From a virus, in IMG/VR virus record IMGVR_UViG_3300020469_005214, positions 32,001-96,000 of that record: a stretch of DNA of 64,000 bases; one strand, written 5' to 3'. The notes under the pieces are model-generated. The model saw nothing but the letters and a program-made list of their open reading frames with translations. It was not told where the DNA came from and did no database searches. Shown in pieces: positions 37,705 to 47,617 of this stretch (position 1 is its first letter; every line of letters starts with the position of its first letter). The translations under genes were made by a program, and so were the position numbers.

Positions 37705-39357
37705 ATGAAGAAATATTATTGGCTAAACGAAGATTCTAAAACATTCTTGAAAAGAGGTTACTTAAAAGAAGGACAAACGGCAGAAGAGAGATACAAAGAA
37801 ATTGCAAAACATGCAGAAAAAATACTCGAATTAGAAGGATTTGCTGATAAGTTCGAAGATTACTTAAGCAGGGGATTTTATTCTTTAGCCTCCCCCATTG
37901 TTTCTAATTTTGGAAACGAAAAGGGGCTTCCTGTTAGTTGTTTTAATTCCTATATTCCTGATTCAACTGCTGACATTTTTGATAAGGTCGGAGAGGTAGG
38001 CATTATGTCCAAAATGGGAGGCGGAACATCTGGTTATTTTGGAGATCTAAGACCCAGAGGATCCTTAATTCAAAATGGAGAAGGTGGTCAGTCTGATGGG
38101 GCCGTAAGATTTATGGAGCTTTTTGATAAAACTGCCGATGTAATCAGTCAAGGCAGTCAAAGAAGGGGTTCTTTTGCGGCTTATTTACCCGTAGATCATA
38201 AAGATATCGAAGAGTTTCTTTTAATTAGAGAAGATGGCAACCCCATCCAAAATATGAGTATTGGAGTTACAATAACTGATGATTGGATGGAATCAATGAA
38301 GAGTGGTGATAAAAATAAGAGAAGAATCTGGGGAAAAATTATTAAAAAGAGATTTGAGAGTGGATACCCATATTTATTTTTTACTGATACCGTAAATAAT
38401 TCAAACCCAAAGTGTTATAAGGATAATAATATAAAGGTTAACGCTTCTAATTTGTGTTCGGAAATAACTGGTGTCAGTGACAAAGAAAACTCTTTTGTAT
38501 GTGTATTGTCTTCTTTAAACCTACTCCATTGGGAGGAAATGCTTGAAACTGATGCGGTTGAAACTTTAATTTATTTTTTAGATGCAGTAAACGAAGAGTT
38601 TATTCAAAAAAGTGAAGGTCTTAAATACATGGAAACCGCCCTTAACTTTGCGAAAAAATATAGAATGCTTGGCTCAGGTGTATTGGGTTGGCATTCATAT
38701 TTGCAATCCAAAAATATACCATTTGAAAGTTTAGAGGCAAAATTAAAAAATATCCAAATTTTTCAAGAAATTGAAAAAAGAAGCCATAAAGCTTCTATGG
38801 ATTTGGCTAAAAAATACGGCGAACCCGAAGGGTTAAAAGGTTTTGGTATGCGTAACAGTCATACTAATGCAGTTGCACCCACAACTTCTTCAAGCTTTAT
38901 CTTGGGGCAAATATCACCGTCAATAGAGCCTTTAAATAGTAATTATTTTGTAAAAAAACTTGCTAAAGGAAATTTTACATACAAAAACCCATTTTTGTTA
39001 AAACTTCTTGAAGAAAAGGGCAAAAATACAGCAAAGGTTTGGAAATCTATATTAACGCACGGGGGATCTGTTCAGCATTTAGATATTTTAAGTGAAGAAG
39101 AAAAAAGTGTGTATAAAACTTTTGGAGAGATATCTCAGAAAGAAATTATAATTCAGGCGGCTAATCGTCAAAAATTTATTGATCAATCTCAATCTTTAAA
39201 TGTTATGGTTCCAACATCTGCGAAACCCAAACAAGTAAGCGATTTGATGATTTTGGCTCATGAAATGGGCATTAAAACCTTGTACTACCAAAGAAGCTCT
39301 AATCCTTCGCAAGAGTTGTCCCGAAATATTATGAATTGTACTTCTTGTGAGGGTTAA
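37705..39357 (+). CDS. nrdA: Ribonucleotide reductase class I alpha subunit (no ATP cone)
   Basis: PVSCF; SNLCSEI; APTTSSS; KTLYYQR; C-terminal CTSCEG. Confidence 0.95.
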   Translation: MKKYYWLNEDSKTFLKRGYLKEGQTAEERYKEIAKHAEKILELEGFADKFEDYLSRGFYSLASPIVSNFGNEKGLPVSCFNSYIPDSTADIFDKVGEVGIMSKMGGGTSGYFGDLRPRGSLIQNGEGGQSDGAVRFMELFDKTADVISQGSQRRGSFAAYLPVDHKDIEEFLLIREDGNPIQNMSIGVTITDDWMESMKSGDKNKRRIWGKIIKKRFESGYPYLFFTDTVNNSNPKCYKDNNIKVNASNLCSEITGVSDKENSFVCVLSSLNLLHWEEMLETDAVETLIYFLDAVNEEFIQKSEGLKYMETALNFAKKYRMLGSGVLGWHSYLQSKNIPFESLEAKLKNIQIFQEIEKRSHKASMDLAKKYGEPEGLKGFGMRNSHTNAVAPTTSSSFILGQISPSIEPLNSNYFVKKLAKGNFTYKNPFLLKLLEEKGKNTAKVWKSILTHGGSVQHLDILSEEEKSVYKTFGEISQKEIIIQAANRQKFIDQSQSLNVMVPTSAKPKQVSDLMILAHEMGIKTLYYQRSSNPSQELSRNIMNCTSCEG

Positions 39358-39459
39358 TTTATTATTTTTAAAATTTACTATAAATTAATTCACTATTTTT
39401 TAAATCTGATGTAAATAGTTATTATGATAGTAAAACTATTTCTAATTTGAATAAATGTC

Positions 39460-39861
39460 ATGGTAGAAAAAATGTTTCATACTACTTTGGGGCGGGTGCT
39501 TGGTATTGTAACTATAGCTGTTACAACATGGTTAGGCACTGTTATAGTCGGACATTGGCATGTAACAGTGGCATCACCTCAGTATGTTGACCAACAAGTC
39601 AAGGAGGCTATTGATAGCGTTCAAGCAAAAATTATTACCGAAGACAGAAAAATAAAGGAAGAGCTTCTTGAAATTAAGATAAAAAGCAATAATTATCAAG
39701 AAAAACTATTCAATGAGTTTCAGAAAATGAGAGAATCTGCAATGGTTTTTCAAACTCAAGTTACATCTGACATGAGTTATCTGAAAAAAACAGTAGGCGA
39801 TATAGAGCAAGACATAAAAGAAAACGAGAAAAGGTTAAGAGAAGTTGAATCCAAAAACTAA
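39460..39861 (+). CDS. Membrane-anchored coiled-coil protein
   Basis: N-terminal TM helix then heptad-rich region. Confidence 0.6.
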   Translation: MVEKMFHTTLGRVLGIVTIAVTTWLGTVIVGHWHVTVASPQYVDQQVKEAIDSVQAKIITEDRKIKEELLEIKIKSNNYQEKLFNEFQKMRESAMVFQTQVTSDMSYLKKTVGDIEQDIKENEKRLREVESKN

Positions 39862-40177
39862 AGATGAAATTACATTTATCAGGTCTCAGTTGTTCAAAGA
39901 TATTCAAATTAGTGTTGATTTAGTAGAAAAATCTGTTATTTCTGTCCTTAAAAAGCATAAATGGGAAGCTAGTAAAAAATTTGAGAACGATAGGGTACTT
40001 GACGCATATTCTTTGTATTTAAGGGAACACGAAGAAACAAAATTTTATTTTAAAAAACTCAAAGCGTCTAGAAGTCCATTAACATTATTTAGTTGGCTTC
40101 AGGAATACTCTGGTTCTTTTGAAAAAACAGAGAAAAACCTCAGAAGACTGGGAAATTTAATAAATAGAGATATCTAA
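39845..40177 (+). CDS. Hypothetical protein
   Basis: ORF track; overlapping TTG start. Confidence 0.5.
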   Translation: MNPKTKDEITFIRSQLFKDIQISVDLVEKSVISVLKKHKWEASKKFENDRVLDAYSLYLREHEETKFYFKKLKASRSPLTLFSWLQEYSGSFEKTEKNLRRLGNLINRDI

Positions 40178-40225
40178 ACAGACCTTTATTTTTCTCATTT
40201 TGAGTGTTTTATTGTAATATAATTT

Positions 40226-40615
40226 ATGAAATGGGAAAAAACAGGTAAATGTAAAAACGGAAGATTTAACTATACAGCTTCTTGTGACGGCGAAAAAACT
40301 ACTTTCAACCTTGATGGAATGGCAGTAACTACAGAATTTACATCTCAAGAAGAGGCTGTTAAGTTTTTAATTGTTAATGGCTACATGCCCTTTGATATAG
40401 ATGGATCATCTAAATCCATTGAAGAGGTTGAAATACCAGAAGAAGAAGAAGAAGAAGAAGAAGAAGCACAATCTTTATATGACCTCAAAGAAGAGATCGC
40501 AAACGAAGTAGAAGAAGAAAAGTCTGCGTGTGGTCTTGAAGAAGAGTGCGAGTGTGAAGATGATGAGTGTGAGATCGAAGAAGACTGGGAAGACGATCTA
40601 GAAGACGACTCTTAA
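40226..40615 (+). CDS. Highly acidic protein with poly-Glu tract
   Basis: (GAA)9 at 40439-40465; TTGTAATA-N6-ATG upstream. Confidence 0.75.
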   Translation: MKWEKTGKCKNGRFNYTASCDGEKTTFNLDGMAVTTEFTSQEEAVKFLIVNGYMPFDIDGSSKSIEEVEIPEEEEEEEEEAQSLYDLKEEIANEVEEEKSACGLEEECECEDDECEIEEDWEDDLEDDS

Positions 40616-40666
40616 TTTTTTCTAAAACAATAGTTGAAAAATACTTCTTTATGCCTAAAATAGGGC

Positions 40667-41716
40667 ATGAAAAAGATTTTAATTACAGGTGTAAGCGGTC
40701 AAGACGGATCGCTTATGACAGACTATCTCTTAGAACTTGGTCATGAGGTGTACGGACTAGTTAGGCATTCTGCTTCAACAAATGATCGAAATTACGTTCA
40801 CAATCTAGATAACAAAAATTTTCATCTAGTTACTGGAGATATTACAGATTTCTCTTGTATGTGTCATATAGTCCAGACTATACAGCCAGATTATTTTATA
40901 AACTTAGCCGCAATGTCTTTTGTTGCTGAAAGCTGGAATTCTCCAGTATCAACATTTGAAATAGATGCCAACGGAGTTTTATATTGCTTGGAAGCTATTA
41001 GACTTCATCAGCCAAAATGTCGCTTTTATTCAGCGGGAACAAGCGAGCAACTATCTGAAATAGAATATATTCCTCAAGATGAAAACCACAAAAGAACTGC
41101 TAAATCACCATATGGGGCAGCAAAAATAGCTGCAGAGCAGTTAGTTAGAGTTTATAGAAATTCTTATGACTTATACGCGATTCATGGCATTTTATTCAAT
41201 CATGAAGGTGTTCGAAGAAACGAATGTTTCGTGTCTCGTAAGATTACAACTAATGTAGCTAGAATAAAAAAAGAATTAGACGAAGGAAGAGTTCCTAAGC
41301 CGTTAGAAATAGGCTTTTTAGATAGCGAAAGAGACTGGTCTGATGCCGAAGATTTTGTTCGTGGAATTTGGATGATGTTGAACCAAGATGGCTCTCCAAA
41401 AGAATACGTTTTATCTAGTGGTGAGTGTCACAGCGTTAGAGAGTTTGTCGAAAAAGCATTTAAAGCGGCTGGAATTAAAGGATTTTGGGAGGGCGAAAAA
41501 GAATCAGAAAGATATATTATGTCGAGCGTTCGACATCACGGTAAAAAGGTTGATTTAGTTACAATAAATCCAAAATTTTATCGTCCCTTTGAGGTTACTA
41601 AATTACACGGTAGCCATGAAAAAATCAAAAAAGAGTTGGGATGGGAACCAAAGGTTAGTTTTGAAGAATTAGTAAAGAAAATGGTAGATAACGACATTAA
41701 ATTAATTAACAGTTAA
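40667..41716 (+). CDS. gmd: GDP-mannose 4,6-dehydratase
   Basis: ITGVSGQDGS; SPYGAAK; GILFNHE; FVSRKIT; RDWSDAEDFV. Confidence 0.95.
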   Translation: MKKILITGVSGQDGSLMTDYLLELGHEVYGLVRHSASTNDRNYVHNLDNKNFHLVTGDITDFSCMCHIVQTIQPDYFINLAAMSFVAESWNSPVSTFEIDANGVLYCLEAIRLHQPKCRFYSAGTSEQLSEIEYIPQDENHKRTAKSPYGAAKIAAEQLVRVYRNSYDLYAIHGILFNHEGVRRNECFVSRKITTNVARIKKELDEGRVPKPLEIGFLDSERDWSDAEDFVRGIWMMLNQDGSPKEYVLSSGECHSVREFVEKAFKAAGIKGFWEGEKESERYIMSSVRHHGKKVDLVTINPKFYRPFEVTKLHGSHEKIKKELGWEPKVSFEELVKKMVDNDIKLINS

Positions 41717-41717
41717 T

Positions 41718-42359
41718 ATGTCTTATTTGACCCATAATTTACCAACTTTTACTTGTTTCATAAGAAACGAATATCTTTTTAATCATGAAAAGGGTCATAA
41801 AGAATATACATTATGCGATGTACATTCCGTCACTTCATTGGAAAAAAGGGTTCCTCTGTTTGAGTGTTACTTGGATAACGGTGTAAACTGGACAAGAAGG
41901 CCGATAACAGCTTTATGTTGGAAAGAATGCGATCCTGTACCACTTGAAGAAACAATGTATTGGGACTGTTTCTCTCCCTATGTAGACGTAGGCATAAGAA
42001 GTAGATTAAAAGGTCTTAGAGCCATACTTATAACCCCTTCTAACAAAAGAGAATGGGGCGAATATATGTTCACAATAGATTGGGGATGGGAAAACAAAGC
42101 GATATTAGATACGAACTTCTCAGAACATCCAGAACATAAATGTGCTCATTTATTTAAAATGGAGAATGGAAATTTCTATGCTTATCCTAACAATAGAATT
42201 ATTTGGCACGATGATGCTTGGGTCGAGAATCCATTAAAAGATAATCCAGGCTATCAAATAGATCAGAATTTTTATAGCGTAGAAAATAAAAGGGTGAAGT
42301 ACACTGATAATTCCTTTATGACTGAGTTCACCGACTTACATTACACAGATTCAGAATAA
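41718..42359 (+). CDS. Conserved marine phage hypothetical protein
   Basis: WDCFS, YMFTIDW, EHKCAH, YPNNRIIW motifs recalled from a widespread phage family. Confidence 0.7.
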   Translation: MSYLTHNLPTFTCFIRNEYLFNHEKGHKEYTLCDVHSVTSLEKRVPLFECYLDNGVNWTRRPITALCWKECDPVPLEETMYWDCFSPYVDVGIRSRLKGLRAILITPSNKREWGEYMFTIDWGWENKAILDTNFSEHPEHKCAHLFKMENGNFYAYPNNRIIWHDDAWVENPLKDNPGYQIDQNFYSVENKRVKYTDNSFMTEFTDLHYTDSE

Positions 42360-43123
42360 TGAAGTTGTATTTTGATCACATTTGCGGCAAGCAGGCAGAT
42401 CATGATTTTTTACACTGTTTAGTCAGCGCCATAGTTGAAAAAGATGAAGAACAAGAAGCTCTAGATAAAGGCTGGTGTCCTTCAAACATATGGTATAATC
42501 AAGAGACTAACTTCTTAAAAGACAATAAAATAATTTGGTATCAGAGCCGTCAGGCTAGATTAAATTTAAGCAAGCATAAAAAAGTAAATAAAGAGACTAA
42601 ATGCTGGAAAAGAATAGAGAAACACGGTATAGATATAGAAGTTACAAAAAATCCTGACTTTACAAAGCTATATAAAATTTATTTAAAATATGTAAATTAC
42701 AAAAAATTTACCGACGTTTTACCAGAACAAGATTTCTATGATGTTTATAATACAGGTAATGACATCTACATACTATATGGAGATATAGCGTTTACTACTA
42801 CAGAAATAGTTGGCAACAGTTTAATAGCTCATCAATTTTGTTGGGATTATGCGAACCCATCTTTAGGTTTGGGTAGGTTTTCTACATATAGAGAAATTGC
42901 ATTGGCTAAAGATTTAAATTTAAAATATCTTTACATGGGTCCAAGCTATGAAAGCCACGCTGAATATAAGAGTTCATTTCTTGGTTTTGAATTTTGGACT
43001 GGTAGAGAATGGTGTACCGATAAAGAAATATTTAATAATTTGACAAAAAATGATGAGCGAATAGATTCTGTAAAAAATATCACAGAATATTATAATGATT
43101 ATTTTAAATTATTAAGTGTTTAG
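42359..43123 (+). CDS. ATE1/Bpt-like aminoacyl-tRNA:protein transferase
   Basis: ALDKGW; QFCWDY..PSLGLGRFS..REI..AK...LKYLYMG..Y.....YKS.F matches the ATE C-terminal domain. Confidence 0.75.
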   Translation: MKLYFDHICGKQADHDFLHCLVSAIVEKDEEQEALDKGWCPSNIWYNQETNFLKDNKIIWYQSRQARLNLSKHKKVNKETKCWKRIEKHGIDIEVTKNPDFTKLYKIYLKYVNYKKFTDVLPEQDFYDVYNTGNDIYILYGDIAFTTTEIVGNSLIAHQFCWDYANPSLGLGRFSTYREIALAKDLNLKYLYMGPSYESHAEYKSSFLGFEFWTGREWCTDKEIFNNLTKNDERIDSVKNITEYYNDYFKLLSV

Positions 43124-43161
43124 CCTTGACAGTCAATATACCTTATGGTATATTATTTTAT

Positions 43162-43449
43162 ATGCAGGATAAAGTATTAAAAAATAAAGAAGATACCTCG
43201 ATAATAGAGATCAACAGTGCGGTTGATTTGTCTAAACACAGATCAAACTCTCTAATTGTAGCTAAAATTGACAAGTCTGTTTTAGAAAACGAAGAAATGT
43301 ATAATGCTATGCGAAAACTTTTCGACGATCTAAGATTAAAGGTTGACATTGATGATAGTACTCATTTTATTATTACCGCCGAAGATGTTGACATTCATTC
43401 TTGGACTGAAAAAGAACTTTCTGAAATCGGTTGGTCTAAGAACAAATAA
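43162..43449 (+). CDS. Hypothetical protein
   Basis: Start moved to ATG 43162 downstream of TTGACA(43126)-N17-TATATT. Confidence 0.65.
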   Translation: MQDKVLKNKEDTSIIEINSAVDLSKHRSNSLIVAKIDKSVLENEEMYNAMRKLFDDLRLKVDIDDSTHFIITAEDVDIHSWTEKELSEIGWSKNK

Positions 43450-43457
43450 GCTTATTA

Positions 43458-44051
43458 ATGATTAGAGCAATCTTTCAGTCTACAGGTTTCGAGTCTGGCG
43501 AGTTTGGCAAAAAAGGTAGCTATATCTTTTCTGACATATCCGAAGATAACGAACCGCTTGCCGATAAATACGTTTTCTCACAGCTAAAATGTATTAAAAG
43601 GCTAAAACCTAAAAAGGGTGACGTGTTTCAATTTGACGCAGAGCTAGATTATGAGAATGGATTGAAGATAAAAAGACCTAAAAACTTGGTCAAAGTAGAC
43701 TTATCACACCTTAAAGATGGTTATGAGTATTGTATTACTAAGTTTTTAAAAGAGAGCAGGGTTTTAACAAAAGAAGATTCTAGAAACGAGAAGGTAGCAT
43801 ACATTAGAATGACTACTCTTTTTGGAGAAAAATTATTTAGATACATAACATTATCATTTAAGCTAAATTCCCTTCACTGGTTTACCACTGAAGATGGTTT
43901 GAAGTTTTGTAAAGAACAGAAAATCGAAATGGATAAATCCAATAAAGACATTATTATTCATAAGGAAGAGGTTAAGCTTGAAAAAAACAAGATTGGTGAT
44001 GATATACATACAAACAATAAGAAAAAAGATTTAATTGGATTTTTAAAATAA
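43458..44051 (+). CDS. Hypothetical protein
   Basis: ORF in replication operon. Confidence 0.65.
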   Translation: MIRAIFQSTGFESGEFGKKGSYIFSDISEDNEPLADKYVFSQLKCIKRLKPKKGDVFQFDAELDYENGLKIKRPKNLVKVDLSHLKDGYEYCITKFLKESRVLTKEDSRNEKVAYIRMTTLFGEKLFRYITLSFKLNSLHWFTTEDGLKFCKEQKIEMDKSNKDIIIHKEEVKLEKNKIGDDIHTNNKKKDLIGFLK

Positions 44052-44058
44052 AATAATT

Positions 44059-45171
44059 ATGGCAGTAAAGAAAACAAAAAAGAAAGCCGAGGGCTTGGCA
44101 CCAGAAGAGTTGTTGACTCAAGCTCTCAAAGATAATAAGGCGGATCATTATAATTTTGAAAACACGACTTATTATGAAATAAGTCAAGGAAGTCTGCTTT
44201 TAGACTTGCATGTTGGAAAAATTACCCCTGGAGTTGTTCGACATGTTGGCGTCTCACGAGGAGGAAAAACCTCTCAAATGCTTGAAGATTTAAAACAATT
44301 CCTAAAAGCTATGCCAGATGGAAGAGGATTTTGGGTTCTTGCCGAAGGAAGGTTAAGCGAGAAGATTAAAAAACGCTCTGGATTGAATTTTGTTTATAAT
44401 CCAGAAGACTGGATTGATGGCTCTGTATTTGTATTAGAGTCAAATGTTTATGAATTGGTTTTTGATACCATCAGAAAATTGTTGAAAAACAATCCGTTTA
44501 ATAAGAAGTATTTTTTTGTTATTGACTCTACAAACGGTCTTAAAAGCAAGGCAGATTTAGAAAAAGGAAGTAGCGAAGCAACCAAAGTTGCTGGTGGTGC
44601 AGTAATGACCTCTGATTTTCTTAGCAGGGTAACACTTGCAATGACTAAATTTGGACATATTCTTGGTGTTATTGGTCAGGTTAGAGCTAAACCCAAAATT
44701 AATCAGTATGAAAAACAAGATCCGTCTTTATCTAATGCAACTGGAGGCAATGCATTAGACCATTACCCAAACATTTTTCTCCAATATGAGCCTAGATATA
44801 AATCAGACATCATTGGCGATCCGACTGATCCACTTGGTCATTGGGCTAAAGTAATTGTCGTCAAAACCGACAATGAAAAAACTACTGTTGTTAAATATCC
44901 TATCAAATATGATCAAGATGGCAAGGGGGGTTCTGTTTGGAGAGAGTACGAAATCGCTGATTTAATGCTCCAATGGGGAATGTTGACTAAAGCAGGCGCT
45001 TGGCTTAAAATGTGTAGCAATTTAGTTAAAGAATTAAGCGAACAGGGATTTATCGAAACAAGCGAAGAAGAGTTCTCTATTCAAGGCATGGACAAACTTC
45101 GTGAATGGTTAGAGCAAAATAGTGAGCTCACCGATTATATGTTTAACAAATTCGAGAAGCTCCTTGCTTGA
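44059..45171 (+). CDS. recA: RecA/UvsX-like recombinase
   Basis: GVSRGGKTS Walker A; FFVIDS Walker B; GQVR; ATGGNAL; KAGAW. Confidence 0.85.
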   Translation: MAVKKTKKKAEGLAPEELLTQALKDNKADHYNFENTTYYEISQGSLLLDLHVGKITPGVVRHVGVSRGGKTSQMLEDLKQFLKAMPDGRGFWVLAEGRLSEKIKKRSGLNFVYNPEDWIDGSVFVLESNVYELVFDTIRKLLKNNPFNKKYFFVIDSTNGLKSKADLEKGSSEATKVAGGAVMTSDFLSRVTLAMTKFGHILGVIGQVRAKPKINQYEKQDPSLSNATGGNALDHYPNIFLQYEPRYKSDIIGDPTDPLGHWAKVIVVKTDNEKTTVVKYPIKYDQDGKGGSVWREYEIADLMLQWGMLTKAGAWLKMCSNLVKELSEQGFIETSEEEFSIQGMDKLREWLEQNSELTDYMFNKFEKLLA

Positions 45172-45569
45172 AGATTAAAAATATATTTGGAAAACAAGTC
45201 AGTAAGTCTTTTGAGAAGTACAAAATAGATTGGGATAGAAAAGTATCAAATCCCCAAAAAAGAGTAAAAGACATTATTAAAAATTATTGGCTTGGATCAG
45301 ATTGTTATGAGGAACTTTATATTCCAAATAGCAAGCTGAGAATAGACCTATTCAATGCTTCGGATAAAATTGTTATCGAAGTGTCGCCTTTACAACATCA
45401 GCAATACAATGATTTTCTACACGGATCTAGATTGAATTATCTTGAAGCTCAAAAAAGAGACTTACAGAAAATAGATTGGTGCCATATAAATAATTTTAAA
45501 TATATTGAGATTGACGAACAAGATTTGAAGGGCAACGATGAAGATATATTGAGTAAAATATTGAGTTAA
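45168..45569 (+). CDS. DUF559/Vsr-like PD-(D/E)XK endonuclease
   Basis: LRIDLF..IVIEV...QH; QKRDLQK..WC. Confidence 0.7.
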   Translation: MKIKNIFGKQVSKSFEKYKIDWDRKVSNPQKRVKDIIKNYWLGSDCYEELYIPNSKLRIDLFNASDKIVIEVSPLQHQQYNDFLHGSRLNYLEAQKRDLQKIDWCHINNFKYIEIDEQDLKGNDEDILSKILS

Positions 45570-45583
45570 TAATTTAATTTATT

Positions 45584-46021
45584 ATGTTATTTAAAATCAT
45601 AGGTTCCACGAGAAAGATTAATCGCGATTTAAGAGATCAAACAATAGACTGGGACAATAAAATAAAGAGGGGTGGCAAAAAAAACTTTGGACAATTTCAG
45701 TATGACGTAAAACAGCTTTTGAGACCTCATTGGGAATTGCATGTAGTAAACGAAGAGTTCGTTATTCCCGCCAGAAGAAGTGAAAGAGGCAGGAGCATTG
45801 ATTTTGTTAATTTTACAAAAAGAATTTGCGTTGAAGTCGATGGTGTGCAACATAATAAAAAAAGTTGGTGTCACGAAAATAAATATCAATTTTTCAAACA
45901 ACTTCGTAACGATAACTGGAAAGAACAATGGGCAGAACTCAATGATTTTAAAATGTTTAGAATTTACGAAACAGATGAATTAAATGATGAATTATTGTAT
46001 AAACTTGGAATTATTTCTTGA
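45584..46021 (+). CDS. DUF559/Vsr-like endonuclease
   Basis: IDF..ICVEVDGVQH; NDNWKEQWAELN. Confidence 0.75.
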   Translation: MLFKIIGSTRKINRDLRDQTIDWDNKIKRGGKKNFGQFQYDVKQLLRPHWELHVVNEEFVIPARRSERGRSIDFVNFTKRICVEVDGVQHNKKSWCHENKYQFFKQLRNDNWKEQWAELNDFKMFRIYETDELNDELLYKLGIIS

Positions 46022-46050
46022 CTTTATCAAAAAACATGTTAAATTAACTT

Positions 46051-46245
46051 ATGAAAAACAAAGAAAAGCTTAAAAAGGTTAATCTCCTCTTAAACGAAAT
46101 GAAAGTTTTTGTTGCTTATTTAGAAGATATCCTCAAAGACCTACAAACAAGAGATTCTGAATCAGAATCTTGCGATAGACCTTGGGGAGCAATAAAAAAT
46201 CGTGCAAAATCTTTTAGAAATAGTCTTTTAGAATTCTATCGATAA
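46051..46245 (+). CDS. Hypothetical protein
   Basis: TTGACT(46018)-N16-TAAATT-N5-ATG. Confidence 0.6.
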   Translation: MKNKEKLKKVNLLLNEMKVFVAYLEDILKDLQTRDSESESCDRPWGAIKNRAKSFRNSLLEFYR

Positions 46246-46281
46246 GCTTCTCTAGAACCCCCTCAAAGTGTAATACTAATT

Positions 46282-47577
46282 ATGGAAAAAAAATTAATCG
46301 AAAAATGCGTTTCCATGTTCCGAGATGGAGCAGGAAAAATGGAAGTAGTTAGACTAATCATGGAATGGACTGGGCTAAAAGAAACTGCCGCGAGAAGCAG
46401 AGCCACCAATATCTGGAATAATGAGTTTGACGAAGAATATATTCCAGTTCCAAATCGTGGACAGGAGGATTTCAAATCTGAGGATAATGGCTTCAAAAGT
46501 GGCGGAACAAGGTTTGATCAAAGTGACGAAAATAATGCAACAGCTGAATCTAAAGACGACAATGTAAGAACTTTAGATGATTTGTTAAAAATCTGTAATG
46601 TTGATTTAGAGTATTGGGAAGTCGAAAGACATATTATCAACAAATGGGAAGTTGCCGCTAAAGACAATGTAGGTGAACTTCGTCATTCTCCGCTTTATCA
46701 AGTAAAAGCTTGGTTAAAGAAGCGTGAAGTTAAAAACGCAGAAGAGGTTGTAAATTATTTCAATGAATCCTTACAAACTATTTCCCCTAAAGTTCAAAAA
46801 AGAAATGCTGGCGGTAAATATATGTATGAGATTTCTATACCCGATCTTCATTTGGCTAAACTCGGATGGGAGCAAGAATCTGGACAAGACTACGATATTA
46901 GTATTGCCGCTGACTTATTTCGTTCGGCAGTACAAAACCTTTTGAGCAAAGTAAATTTAGACGAAGTATCTAAGGTTCTTTTTCCAGTTGGTAATGACTT
47001 TTTTAACTCAGAGGGTCTTTCTGGGGCTACTACTGCTGGAACTAGACAAGATGATGACTCTAGATGGCAAAAGTCTTTCAGCATCGGTTGTAATTTAATT
47101 GCAGAGGTTGTTGATGAATTATCTAAAATAGTTAACGTAGACATTGTTATTGTTCAAGGAAATCATGATTTCGAAAGAGATTATTATCTTGGCGAATTTT
47201 TAAGGGCTTGGTATAAAACTAACGAAGCAGTAAGTATAAATAACAGCCCTAAGTCTCGAAAGTATGTTGAATTTGGAGAGAATCTTATCTTATTTACTCA
47301 TGGAAACGAAGAAAAACAAAGTGAGCTTCCTTTGTTAATGGCTACCGAGCATCCTAGTTTTTCAAAATGTAAATTTAGAACAGCACATTTGGGACACCTT
47401 CATCAAACAAGAGTTTTAGAAAATAAAGGGGTTACAGTAAAAATTCTACCATCTCTTTGTGCTACTGATGCATGGCATAAAATTAAGGGTTTTTGTGGTA
47501 ATAGAAGATCTGCTATGGGCTTTTTATATGACCCAGTTTATGGCGAGATAGCAAATTATTACTATAACGTAGTTTAA
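46282..47577 (+). CDS. Calcineurin-like metallophosphoesterase with N-terminal helical/HTH domain
   Basis: PDLHLAK, VGNDFF, QGNHD, FTHG, GHLH. Confidence 0.85.
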   Translation: MEKKLIEKCVSMFRDGAGKMEVVRLIMEWTGLKETAARSRATNIWNNEFDEEYIPVPNRGQEDFKSEDNGFKSGGTRFDQSDENNATAESKDDNVRTLDDLLKICNVDLEYWEVERHIINKWEVAAKDNVGELRHSPLYQVKAWLKKREVKNAEEVVNYFNESLQTISPKVQKRNAGGKYMYEISIPDLHLAKLGWEQESGQDYDISIAADLFRSAVQNLLSKVNLDEVSKVLFPVGNDFFNSEGLSGATTAGTRQDDDSRWQKSFSIGCNLIAEVVDELSKIVNVDIVIVQGNHDFERDYYLGEFLRAWYKTNEAVSINNSPKSRKYVEFGENLILFTHGNEEKQSELPLLMATEHPSFSKCKFRTAHLGHLHQTRVLENKGVTVKILPSLCATDAWHKIKGFCGNRRSAMGFLYDPVYGEIANYYYNVV

Positions 47578-47583
47578 TTTTAC

Positions 47584-47611
47584 TTGACTAGTAACAAAAC
47601 TACTGTAGAAT
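47584..47611 (+). promoter_or_regulatory. sigma70-type promoter of the helicase operon
   Basis: TTGACT-N16-TAGAAT-N6-ATG 47618. Confidence 0.7.
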
Positions 47612-47617
47612 TACCAT

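Noticed and set aside
39460-40177. Holin/spanin lysis cassette
   Set aside because: Only a TM plus coiled coil; no lipobox in the overlapping gene and no endolysin nearby
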